From positions 1-49,011 of the forward strand of contig CBFFRP010000206.1 in the NCBI GenBank assembly GCA_965644295.1: a DNA stretch of 49,011 nucleotides, given 5' to 3'. Position 1 is the first letter of the stretch, and each line of letters begins with the position of its first letter. Both the position numbers and the translations under genes were made by a program. Positions 9,167-20,114 of this stretch are shown piece by piece. Source of the stretch: Paraphysomonas bandaiensis (Eukaryota > Protista > Chrysophyceae). Below the pieces are notes generated by a model. The model was not told where the DNA came from. It saw only the letters and a list, made by a program, of their open reading frames with translations, and did not search any database.

Positions 9167-12165
9167 TATGTACCGACAACAGCATCGGAGGGGCAGCACA
9201 GGGGCAACATCCGTAGTCCCGTTTTTCTGTTCTGTACGTGAATATTAGTATGATCGAATGGGGATGGCGGGCTCTTCATATCTACACACCACATCCAAAT
9301 AAGCATATCTTCATATTTAAACTATTCGGAATACACTGTTGTGTTGTTGTGCCCACTGTAGAAACTTAATTTCATCGATTTTATGCTGTAATGATGCAGG
9401 AAGTTCACCCAAATATTGACCACAGTTTGGACCACACAATCCCATTATCATGAAGTGCTCGTTACAATCATACATCCCTAGTAGATGAAGACTGTCCCCT
9501 GGATGATTTGTCATTAGATATATTTTGAAGGAGCTTCAGAAAGAGCTACCAGCGGATGATGCATACGACTAAAAGTGTTTACATGAAGCTCTTCTGCAGC
9601 AGTGCAGGGCAACTATGAAAGGAAGGATATATGCAAAGATATCCAAAGAGAATGGGGAAATGGAGGGAGAAACAAAACTAGGAGACAAGATTTGAAGATA
9701 GGTGGCATTGAATATATATCATTATGCTTTATCATGAAGACTTTAAAGCGAACTAGAATTTAAGGACATACATACTTCCCTTGCAGTAAGTTGTAAGACG
9801 AAGTTGTTTGTGAGTATGGATTTCATGATATATACAACTAATGTGGTGTACGTTGTAGATCGCCGTAATGATATTGCATTTCGGTCAATAGTACATACTT
9901 AAATCATCGTATGCCTTATTTGCATAAACCATTTGATGTAACCTAAAACTGTAATGATGTATGTTATACTTTCCGTGTAGTAAGCTATTTATGCATGTAT
10001 ATTGCATGATGTAACAAGTGTAATGTATACTGTAGGCCGCTGCAATGATATTCGAATTTGTTTTTGTTAATTGCACATACTCAAACCTTCGTATGTCACA
10101 ACTATTTGTCTAACGTTATCTCGCAGCAGCAATTTCTAGCGAGCGTGTGCAAGCAAGCTAGGGACTATTTATTATAGTTTACAGACAATCGTTTCAATAT
10201 ACTCATGCTAAGGTATAGCAAGTAGCTATGTAACGCTTGTAAAATGTTTATATGTGCGCGAATAATAAGACGAAGAGCCGTTGCATCTAACACTATTATA
10301 AAACGGGACAACCTCACTCCTGTACGTCATTTGTCTAAATTTTAAAGTCTAAAATTATTACTACCTGCCAAACTGTGTCTAGGTACAAGTAGGAAAAGGC
10401 TTGTTAAGCCCCTGATATAGTGGAGAAATTTTGCAAGGAGGAGGGGTGAGAAGAAAGAAATAATGCCGCAGCTTTGGCGAAACATGCGAAGGCGGCTTAG
10501 GCTCTGTTGGGAAGGTAATCAGAGAAGGACAGGTTTAATTCCTTATCTCCAGAGCAGTATAAGGCTGAGAAAGTGACCAAGAAAAGAGTAGAAGCTGAAG
10601 CAATAAGACAGAAGTTTGAAGCAGTCGCTGGAGAATTAGCTGAAGCTCTTGTTTTCCTTGAAACATATCATCGTTGAAGAGTATCTGAGTTAAACGTTTA
10701 TGAAGTATATTAGTTGAAACATGTTTTGTTTGAAAAGTGTTTCAGCTGTAACATGTCTTGTTTGAAAAGTGTTTTAGTTGTAACATGTCTTGTTTGAAAA
10801 ATATTTTAGTTTTAACATGTTTTGTATGAACAAATGAGAAGTATTCTAGCTGAACCATGTTTTGTTTAAAAAGTGTGTTAAGTAGAAACGTACTAACCTT
10901 TTTTAAAAGTATCTGAATTGAAACAACTTTTGAAACATCTACACGATGTATGAAATAAATTGCCCAGGAATAGTATGAGAAAAATTCCATGTACTTGCAC
11001 GAAACAGATTGCTTACGAGGCCAGGCAGCAAGCAGTATAACCGTTTTTCGTCTTATTATTCGCGCACATATAAACATTTTACAAGCGTTACATAGCTACT
11101 TGCTATACCTTAGCATGAGTATATTGAAACGATTGTCTGTAAACTATAATAAATAGTCCCTAGCTTGCTTGCACACGCTCGCTAGAAATTGCTGCTGCGA
11201 GATAACGTTAGACAAATAGTTGTGACATACGAAGGTTTGAGTATGTGCAATTAACAAAAACAAATTCGAATATCATTGCAGCGGCCTACAGTATACATTA
11301 CACTTGTTACATCATGCAATATACATGCATAAATAGCTTACTACACGGAAAGTATAACATACATCATTACAGTTTTAGGTTACATCAAATGGTTTATGCA
11401 AATAAGGCATACGATGATTTAAGTATGTACTATTGACCGAAATGCAATATCATTACGGCGATCTACAACGTACACCACATTAGTTGTATATATCATGAAA
11501 TCCATACTCACAAACAACTTCGTCTTACAACTTACTGCAAGGGAAGTATGTATGTCCTTAAATTCTAGTTCGCTTTAAAGTCTTCATGATAAAGCATAAT
11601 GATATATATTCAATGCCACCTATCTTCAAATCTTGTCTCCTAGTTTTGTTTCTCCCTCCATTTCCCCATTCTCTTTGGATATCTTTGCATATATCCTTCC
11701 TTTCATAGTTGCCCTGCACTGCTGCAGAAGAGCTTCATGTAAACACTTTTAGTCGTATGCATCATCCGCTGGTAGCTCTTTCTGAAGCTCCTTCAAAATA
11801 TATCTAATGACAAATCATCCAGGGGACAGTCTTCATCCACTAGGGATGTATGATTGTAACGAGCACTTCATGATAATGGGATTGTGTGGTCCAAACTGTG
11901 GTCAATATTTGGGTGAACTTCCTGCATCATTACAGCATAAAATCGATGAAATTAAGTTTCTACAGTGGGCACAACAACACAACAGTGTATTCCGAATAGT
12001 TTAAATATGAAGATATGCTTATTTGGATGTGGTGTGTAGATATGAAGAGCCCGCCATCCCCATTCGATCATACTAATATTCACGTACAGAACAGAAAAAC
12101 GGGACTACGGATGTTGCCCCTCCGATGTGGGTGCTGCCCCTCCGATGCTGTTGTCGGTGTACATA
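9167..12165. repeat. Long inverted repeat: arms ~9167-10274 and ~11047-12165, spacer ~770 bp
   Basis: Arms are reverse complements (mirrored ORFs 9885-10076/11245-11436 and 9317-9514/11807-12004). One SNP and two small outer indels were seen. Confidence 0.95.
10711..10880 (+). repeat. ~5 degenerate copies of a 32-bp unit (TAGTTGAAACATGTTTTGTTTGAAAAGTGT) in the palindrome spacer
   Basis: Units start at 10711, 10743, 10775, 10807 and 10847. Confidence 0.8.
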
Positions 12166-12409
12166 CAGGAGATATGTAAAATCAATAGCAGGATTTTTGA
12201 GAGTTGTTGGTTGGGTAAAATAAAAATAAACATCAGCAGCAGCAGCAGAGGAGTACCAATCGTAGTGCACCACACACAGTCGAAAAACACAAAAATACAC
12301 TTGCAATAACTCGATCTTCAACACTGAACCATATGGGCACCCACCACAATCCATGTAAGTCACAATCAGTCAGTTACATAGAGGCGCTTTACCAAGGTGT
12401 AGTATATCT

Positions 12410-13141
12410 ATGAGGATGATTAGAGCATTACGTCTAGCTGTGTTACAAACCCCGCGGAGCCTTTTTTATCGCGCCATGACATCTGGCAATTACCCGCACC
12501 ATGAGGTCGTAGGTATGCCTGCTCTCTCTCCCACAATGGTGGCGGGAACAATTGTGTCGTGGATTAAAAACGAAGGCGATGCAGTATCTGCCGGTGATAC
12601 TATTGCTGAAGTTGAAACCGATAAAGCCACAATAGTGCGTTACTATATGTTCTGCATCGATATTGTATTCACCGTTTATTGCGTGGTGTAGGGATTTGAT
12701 GCCGTAGATGACTTATACATTGCTAAGTTATTAGTTGAAGCTGGTTCAGAAGTAACTGTTGGAGCACCGATTATGATCACCGTTGAAAGCGAGGAGGATG
12801 TGTCCAAGTTTGCAGGGTATGAATTGCCTGCAACCAACTCCCATGAGGCCATGTTACCGAAGAAGGAACCCGTCCCTACAACAAGTAGCCCCCCACCAGT
12901 TATTTCAACCCTACCCGAGCGAAGAGATCCATCCTCAAAACCGTCCGCGCCAAGTCAACCTACCCCGATTGTGACCTCGGCATCTGTTGCGAACTCACCT
13001 TCCACCCGCTCTGCCTCTGTCCAGCCCGCCTCTATGTGGGGAACATATATCGCTAAGAGCCCTTTGAGCGTAAAATTCATTCGTGATCAAAAGAATTATG
13101 TTGCCAAATATGGGACATGTTGTCACAACCCGTTAGGTTAA
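12410..13141 (+). CDS. Mitochondrial lipoyl-domain protein (PDH E2/E3BP-like N-terminus) lacking the catalytic domain; ~224 aa
   Basis: Presequence-like N-terminus, MPALSPTM and EVETDKAT lipoyl motif. Intron 12635-12691 restores [15 protein letters not shown]. Pro/Ser-rich linker, then stop. Confidence 0.85.
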
Positions 13142-13334
13142 TAGAGATTGGGTATATTACCTTCTTGTGCACTGTTCACTTTTGTGGGCTCCTTTTGAGA
13201 TCGGCATTTAGCATGTAACTTATCTTATATTTAATAATGTGCCTATCTAAAGTAGTTTATACGTGTCTTACTGACTAAAAGCTGTAGCTAGCTCAATATT
13301 GTCAGATGTACGTTTACATGCATACCTTCTACAT

Positions 13335-13625
13335 AGAACATAACTATCATGCACAACGGAATAGTTAGAAGTGTAACTGATAATGACGACGTTATGATGG
13401 CGATCATGTATCTTCGACAGATACTCTCTCTAATTCAGTTCATGATATATTTCATTGAACATTATAACTCACAGATACAATCATGTATTAAGCTGAATCC
13501 TAATATAAAAATAGTGTGTACTGATTAGTTACAGGTAGAGGTCTAACTAGTTTGTCTAGCATTCATCTAGCTACTAAGTTGGTGCAGGTTTTTAACGCCT
13601 ATTGCTAATAATAAGACTTTCAATA
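13335..13625. repeat. Dispersed LTR-like repeat fragment
   Basis: 13335-13482 matches 40993-41119 and, inverted, 24765-24838 joined to 28126-28200. 13503-13622 matches 6690-6808. Confidence 0.75.
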
Positions 13626-13629
13626 TAAG

Positions 13630-16600
13630 TTATGCACACCAATTTGGCGCAATAATGCTTTCACAACGAGCGCATATATCAGTAAATTCGCCACTCCGAC
13701 CATCACCTACTACATCGGCACCTACACTTGTACTATAATACCAACATCGCTCGCATTTAAGACCTGATGCACGACCCACACCAATCGTAACTCCACTGGA
13801 AGATTCAGCTGCAGAAAGCACAGCATTGCTATTACGTTGAACCACTTGTAATGCGTCTACAATATAAACCTCAGACGCCATAAGAATAAATCTCAGATCA
13901 TCCACAGAATTAGTTTGGGAGTAACGAGGTTCACTTATTGCTTCTCCACCATTTCCTACCATAGAACGCAATCTGTCCTCCAGCTCTGGCTTTGCATTCT
14001 TATCTACGTGTATGAACACTTTGCATTCCTGTGGCGCTCCTATCTCTTTTGCAGCGCGCAGTACTTCCATACACCGATTTGTATCGTCTTTAATTAACTG
14101 AATCGTCTCCCAAAGTTCCATCTCGTGTAAATTAAACTGCGTAGCATTCTGTACCCATCCTCGCTCAAATATCGATCTTGTTGGAGCTGGGTAGGGATAA
14201 TTCAGCCATACGTCTTCTGCCATGTGGGGAAGTACGGGCGCCATCATCAGTACATACTGCTCAAGTACATACGAAAGGACTGTCTGGCAAGACTTTCTGC
14301 GGTAATCACACTCCTGTGATATATACAATCTGTCCTTCGAGATATCCAAGTAAAAGTTAGACAGATATTTGTTTCCAAAATTGGTAATAATCTGCATTGC
14401 ACGATAAAACTGGTAGGATTTGTACGCTTCATCCACATCACGAAACGTCAGAGACAGCAAACCCAATATGTACTTATCCAAGGAAGGCATGTCTTTAATG
14501 GCTACGACATCAGTCCTAGGGTTGAAACCACTGAGACTTCCCATTAAAAACCTCAGAGTATTGCGTAGCTTGCGGTAAGAATCTGAAACCCCTTTTATAA
14601 TATTGCTTCCAATGCAGATATCATTGCTGTAGTCAACTCCAGCAACCCAAAGACGTAAGGTATCCGCACCATATGCCGGGTCATTCTTAAGGTTTGAACC
14701 ACCATTGATAATTAATTCAGGATTTATGACATTCCCAAGAGATTTAGACATTTTGTAGCCCTTCTCGTCCAGCACAAAACCATGAGTGAGAACAGCTTTA
14801 TACGGGGCTTGTGCAGTGTTAGATTGAGCAACCGCGGTCAACAAGGAGCTCTGAAACCATCCCCTGTGTTGATCCGACCCCTCCAAGTATAAATCCGCCG
14901 GAAAAGTTAAGTATTCACGAGATTTAAGTACACCTGCCCACGAGGTCCCAGAATCAAACCATACGTCCATCGTGTCGGATCCCTTCTCGTATAAATGTGC
15001 AGGAATTCCGGAAGGCAGAAGTTCGTCGGTGCTCATTTCCCACCATGCATCAGCCCCATGCTCATATATCACACGGGCAATATGCTCAATTGTCTCGGGT
15101 GTAACGAGAGCTTCTCCAGACTCGACGTGGTAAAATACTGGGATAGGAACTCCCCACGCACGTTGACGAGAAATACACCAATCCTTACGAGAAGATACCA
15201 TGGATGATATCCTGTTGCGTCCGACAGCAGGTACCCACTCCACAGAATTAATCGCTGCAAGAGCATTATCGCGGCATGTGTCAACACTTGCAAACCACTG
15301 TGCTGTTGTGCGGAATATTGTGGGTTTCTTGGTCCTCCAATCATAGGGATACTTGTGAGTGTAAAGCTCTTCCTTGATGAGAGCACCTGATGACTTGAGA
15401 GCAGATATGACGGCTTCATTTCCCTCTTCCAGTACGCACAACCCTTCCAGATCTCTACCCGCCTCAAGAGTGAACCGCCCTAGTTCATCAACTGGAGAAA
15501 AAGGTTCTAAACCGAGCCGCTGTCCAACAATGAAATCCTCGGCCCCGTGACCAGGTGCCGTGTGTACTAAGCCTGTGCCACTGTCTGTATTTATGTAGTC
15601 TCCCCCAACAACCACCTGCAATTCTCTGGTAAGAGTGAGTGGGTGCTGATAACAAGTACCAGACAGATCACTGCCTCTAAGCGTACCGCATATCGATATA
15701 TATCTTGTTGATATATTAGATACAGCACAAAAGGATTCCACCAGGGCACTGGCCACAACATAGCACTTGATGGCTGCAGTGGAGCAATCTGCTAGTACAG
15801 AATACTCAAGGTCGCCACGCACAGCCACAGCCTGGTTGGCGGGTAGCGTCCATGGAGTAGTAGTCCATACCACCAAGAAAGTGTTGAGAGCACGTTTAGG
15901 TAGCATTGCAGCCAGCGGATCAGATGGACGACGCACAGACATACCAACATAAATTGATCGGGATACGTGTTGGTCATTGTACTCGAGCTCCGCTTCTGCC
16001 AAAGCAGATTGTGATGAGGGGCTCCAATGCACTGGCTTGCAACCACGGTATATGTGACCCTTGCTGATCATCTCTCCAAAAACTCTTATTTGTGCAGACT
16101 CGTATTCCTTTTGTTGTGTTTTATAGTGAGCGTCCCAATCGCCCCACACACCATACCGTTTGAACCCTTGCATTTGTGATGCGATAGCGTCATCAGCGTA
16201 TCTAGAAGCCTTTCTGCGAAGTGTAATCGGAGACAACTTTTCTCTCTCCTTGGCTCCCATGCTTTGCAGCACTTTCAACTCAATTGGCAACCCATGGCAA
16301 TCCCATCCAGGAATATACCGAACTTTCTTTCCATTTAGAATGTTATACCTATTAATAATATCTTTAAGAATCTTATTTAGTGCATGACCGATATGTAGAT
16401 CCCCATTGGCATACGGAGGACCATCGTGCAGTACAAATGGTTCGCCTCGGCTGGATTCATGAAGTTTCTCGTAAATACGATTCGTAGCCCAAAATTCCTG
16501 AATTAGAGGTTCTCTCTTTGCTGCGTGTGCTCGTTGTTCGAAAGTAGTTTTCGGCAGAATAACAGTGTGACTATATTTGCCTTCCTTGGGTTTGACATTC

Positions 16601-16680
16601 TTACGAGTAGTTGACGATAATCGCAAACAACGCAATGCAGTATAGGTTGGTGCTCTTGCTTGTTGCCCTAAGCGCATCAT
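13630..16680 (-). CDS. ileS: Isoleucyl-tRNA synthetase, type 1 (bacterial/organellar), intronless
   Basis: LHDGPPYANG, HIGH, GWDCHGLPIE, WTTTPWT, EGSDQHRGWF, KMSKS and a C-terminal CERCW zinc finger. Probable start at MMRLGQQ (transit-peptide-like). Confidence 0.95.
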   Translation of the reverse strand: MMRLGQQARAPTYTALRCLRLSSTTRKNVKPKEGKYSHTVILPKTTFEQRAHAAKREPLIQEFWATNRIYEKLHESSRGEPFVLHDGPPYANGDLHIGHALNKILKDIINRYNILNGKKVRYIPGWDCHGLPIELKVLQSMGAKEREKLSPITLRRKASRYADDAIASQMQGFKRYGVWGDWDAHYKTQQKEYESAQIRVFGEMISKGHIYRGCKPVHWSPSSQSALAEAELEYNDQHVSRSIYVGMSVRRPSDPLAAMLPKRALNTFLVVWTTTPWTLPANQAVAVRGDLEYSVLADCSTAAIKCYVVASALVESFCAVSNISTRYISICGTLRGSDLSGTCYQHPLTLTRELQVVVGGDYINTDSGTGLVHTAPGHGAEDFIVGQRLGLEPFSPVDELGRFTLEAGRDLEGLCVLEEGNEAVISALKSSGALIKEELYTHKYPYDWRTKKPTIFRTTAQWFASVDTCRDNALAAINSVEWVPAVGRNRISSMVSSRKDWCISRQRAWGVPIPVFYHVESGEALVTPETIEHIARVIYEHGADAWWEMSTDELLPSGIPAHLYEKGSDTMDVWFDSGTSWAGVLKSREYLTFPADLYLEGSDQHRGWFQSSLLTAVAQSNTAQAPYKAVLTHGFVLDEKGYKMSKSLGNVINPELIINGGSNLKNDPAYGADTLRLWVAGVDYSNDICIGSNIIKGVSDSYRKLRNTLRFLMGSLSGFNPRTDVVAIKDMPSLDKYILGLLSLTFRDVDEAYKSYQFYRAMQIITNFGNKYLSNFYLDISKDRLYISQECDYRRKSCQTVLSYVLEQYVLMMAPVLPHMAEDVWLNYPYPAPTRSIFERGWVQNATQFNLHEMELWETIQLIKDDTNRCMEVLRAAKEIGAPQECKVFIHVDKNAKPELEDRLRSMVGNGGEAISEPRYSQTNSVDDLRFILMASEVYIVDALQVVQRNSNAVLSAAESSSGVTIGVGRASGLKCERCWYYSTSVGADVVGDGRSGEFTDICARCESIIAPNWCA

Positions 16681-17211
16681 TATAATATGTATATCTCTAC
16701 GTGGTCCACATGAATACCTACAAAATACAACAGAGAAATCCGCATTCAATAAGGATAACAAATGATCGACTGTCCTTGTACACGATATTTTGTACTTGCT
16801 TTCAATGACATCGGGAGCCATATGTTGATCTCCAGATTTACTTCATACGATGTACGATCTCACTACAAATAGCGCACAAAAGGTCGAAAATTCATCGTAA
16901 ACCTCCGGATTTGATGAATTGAAAAAAACAAATAATCGCGATATACAGAGTATTTATATCGCACACCCTTTCAAAATAAAGCTATTTTTCACTAAACACC
17001 TGATATTTACGTATTATATTTAGCAACCCTCCAAAGATTCTGTACATTCCTGGCTATATATATACCAATACACGAGCAGTACGTACAGCAGTAGATGTTG
17101 TGGAAAGGTGCTATCATGAAGAATTTATTGTGATGTCGTTACATTGACAAGATTTCTAAGCTGGAACAGTAATAGAGATGTGATGGCGGTGTTAACGATC
17201 GAATATTGCTG

Positions 17212-19755
17212 ATGTTTGACCGGATACGACTGTTTCGAGTCCTTTTGTCGCTTACAAGAGAGAGTGATTATTTTATTCTCGCTCAAGACGCCTATGTGGT
17301 CTTACACAGCATATTGGAGCAACTTGCTAATCTTGATACAATCATAGATGAGTTTTATGAAAAAATCGATACCCTTATAGAAGAGGCAGCGAAAGATGTT
17401 GAGATTGAGGCCTATAAGTCTGCAGTATGTAGCCTCCAGATGCTGATGATGGAACGAGAATCCTGGTGTAATATGCTGCAGCCATTTCTTTGTGACTGTG
17501 AAGAGTTTTGGTTCTGTTCCCCTGTTGATCGTGTCACTGGGAAGTACAATGCTATTTCTCTGAGGAGCCTTCAATCGTCAGAAAAACGTTGGCATAAGTA
17601 TCACAATCTCAGAGAAGAAATTCCCACTGCAATCATACTTAAGCTGCAGCGATTCCGCTCCCGAGTAACGGATTTAGTTCAAGAACATTTTTCTGAGCTC
17701 TTGTCAGCGACACTTGTTGAAGAAGAGGCTGAGAGATCAGCAAGATCTCAACTATCTAGATTGTCTTGTAAGTATGCCAATATCATTTCTTGTGGCATCA
17801 CTGAGGAATTTGATGCCACCAACAATTCTGTTACTGTCGTATGTAATTTTCCGGTGACCCATTTTTTTGTTGCCGATCATAAGTTCGCGAAACTGTTAGG
17901 TTATTCAACGACGAGGCTTCTCGCTATACCATTTGTAAATTTTATTATCAACACAGGGACCACGACATCTGTGGTTCGAAATATAGTGGAGTTACAGTCA
18001 CCTACCCATGTGACATTATTCTACCGCACAGCTACATGTTCCGTAGTCGTAGTATCGTGGGAAATCTGCCCGAAGCCGATTGGAAGTCACGCAGTCGTTG
18101 CTCGAGGAATTAATATAACTCGTGAATTAGAGGAATCTAAACAATATCAAACAGCTAATATTCAGAAGATGCTTCGACAGTGGCTACACTCTATCCGCAA
18201 CGCAAGTTTCCAGCAGCAGGCACAGGTAATTCGCGACGATATTCAGGCCCTCGAGAAAAGTATTGATGATGATGAGTTCAGCAAGGGTTTTCAGCATGTG
18301 TACGATGGGCTGAGAACTCTTATATACACCGCTAAAGCTTCGGTTGGGCTTATCGGTAAGTCATCGTTATGATGGTGACATGTATCTACATTATGTGCAA
18401 CTGCTATGTATATATGTTTTGTACCACGATTTATTGACGCACGTTTTGAAATGACAGATCAAGCACTGAATTCTAAGGGTCTACTGCAGTATACCTCTCT
18501 TCATGATTTTGTGAATTCTATTGCAACTTTTTCCTCGGTATTTTCGAAGAGCGAAGGTATCGACGACATTTTGAACACATTTGACCTCCACTTTAACGAC
18601 AATGTGACTACCCCCGAGCAGTTGCGGTCGATATATGTCCAAGGAGACATGTGTAGTCTGCAATCTCTTATTGACAATATATACTCCAATGCCATAAAGT
18701 TTACAGACCACACACTTGGTGTAAATGTCGTTATGCATATTGAGCACCAAGGAGACTCAGTGCACTGCACTCTTCAGATCACGGACAATTCCCCTCTTGG
18801 CTTGCCCCAGAATGTGATTCGTTATTTTCAAAAACACATAAGTCCATGTAAAGTCGACGATCAGCGGTCCAGACGTTTTGGTAGCTCTGTAACGAGTACC
18901 GATTCAGATGATGCATGTATGGATTTTGATTACAAAGAATTACCTGACGATTGGCATGGAGGTTGGACAAATCCATCTCCACCAGTCTCAAGAGGAGTCA
19001 GCCGTAGCAACAGTAGGAAGGCGAGTATGTCAGCTCAATATGGCTCAAGATCCACTGTTGTAGACACAAAGGACGGTTCCATACACACTGGCATACCACA
19101 CATTGTTGAATTATTTCATAAGCTCACGGAAAGTGCCGAGTATAACTTTGATATGGTTGTGACTGCGAGAGCGAATGGTTCGTCGTACACATTGTCCTTC
19201 TCGTTGGGGGTACTGTCGGCAGCGGAGTTGGCATTAGACGTCGAAGACGACTACCCCGAGAATAATACGGCACTTCAAAATATCAGACCTATGGAGGGAA
19301 AAGAGTCTATACAGGGAATGGATGGAACGGAATTCCTGAGTGCCGAAAGAGACCATCTACTAAAACCAACTGAAGAACAATATATGCTGGTTGTGGATGA
19401 TAGTCATGTAATTCGGCGAATTGTAGGCAGATATCTTGAGAAATATGAAGTGCGATATCATGCGTGTGCAGACGGAACAGAAGCATTTGAGTGGTTCAAA
19501 GAACATAGTGACATATGCTTCGGATTAATTACAGATTTGGAGATGCCACGAATGGGCGGGGACGCATTGATACAGGAAGTCAAAGCCTTACGCCCGACGC
19601 TTCCCTGCGTTATTGTATCTGGAAACGAAATACCAATTGGCAGTAGACCCTCTGGAGCCGCTGCTTGTTTTATAAAGCCTATATCGATGACTAGCATGAA
19701 TGATCTCTTGCATGAACTCTACCGGTGTGCAGCAGCACTTCGTAGGGAGGCATAG
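17212..19755 (+). CDS. Hybrid histidine kinase-like protein (PAS-like, HisKA, HATPase, receiver)
   Basis: Intron 18356-18457 joins two ORFs. H-box WLHSIRN, N-box NIYSNAIKFT, receiver LVVDDS/ITDLEMP/KP. The start is uncertain. Confidence 0.8.
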
Positions 19756-20114
19756 TCGTATGACTAGTTTTTTATTGATTAGTTATATACCTATATTCTG
19801 AGTACACCGCCCACACACCCACTCCTTCTCTTACATGATGTCATTTTTATACAAAATCTTAGCAGTGAAATTACAAACTTCTGGCTTTTAATAAAAGTTG
19901 CATAATTAGATGTTGTTAAGAAGGAATTGTAACGGTGTCATATTTAAACCTACTGAATTTTCCATTTGCCTCTACTAAACAAAAAGGGTCATTTGTTCCT
20001 ACCAAATTCTGCAGATATATTCATGACAGATAAGCCATATTTAAATTTAGTATTTTAGAATATGGATTATATTCTTGTATATTCAGTGTGTCACTTATAG
20101 ACCATGTACGAGAA

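Noticed and set aside
10711-10880. CRISPR-like array
   Set aside because: Units are contiguous and degenerate with no unique spacers, there are no cas genes, and the context is eukaryotic.
9317-12004. Duplicated 63-65 aa ORFs in the palindrome arms
   Set aside because: No recognisable motifs; the duplication is a by-product of the inverted repeat.
16681-16821. N-terminal extension of IleRS
   Set aside because: A transit-peptide-like start at 16680 is more plausible.
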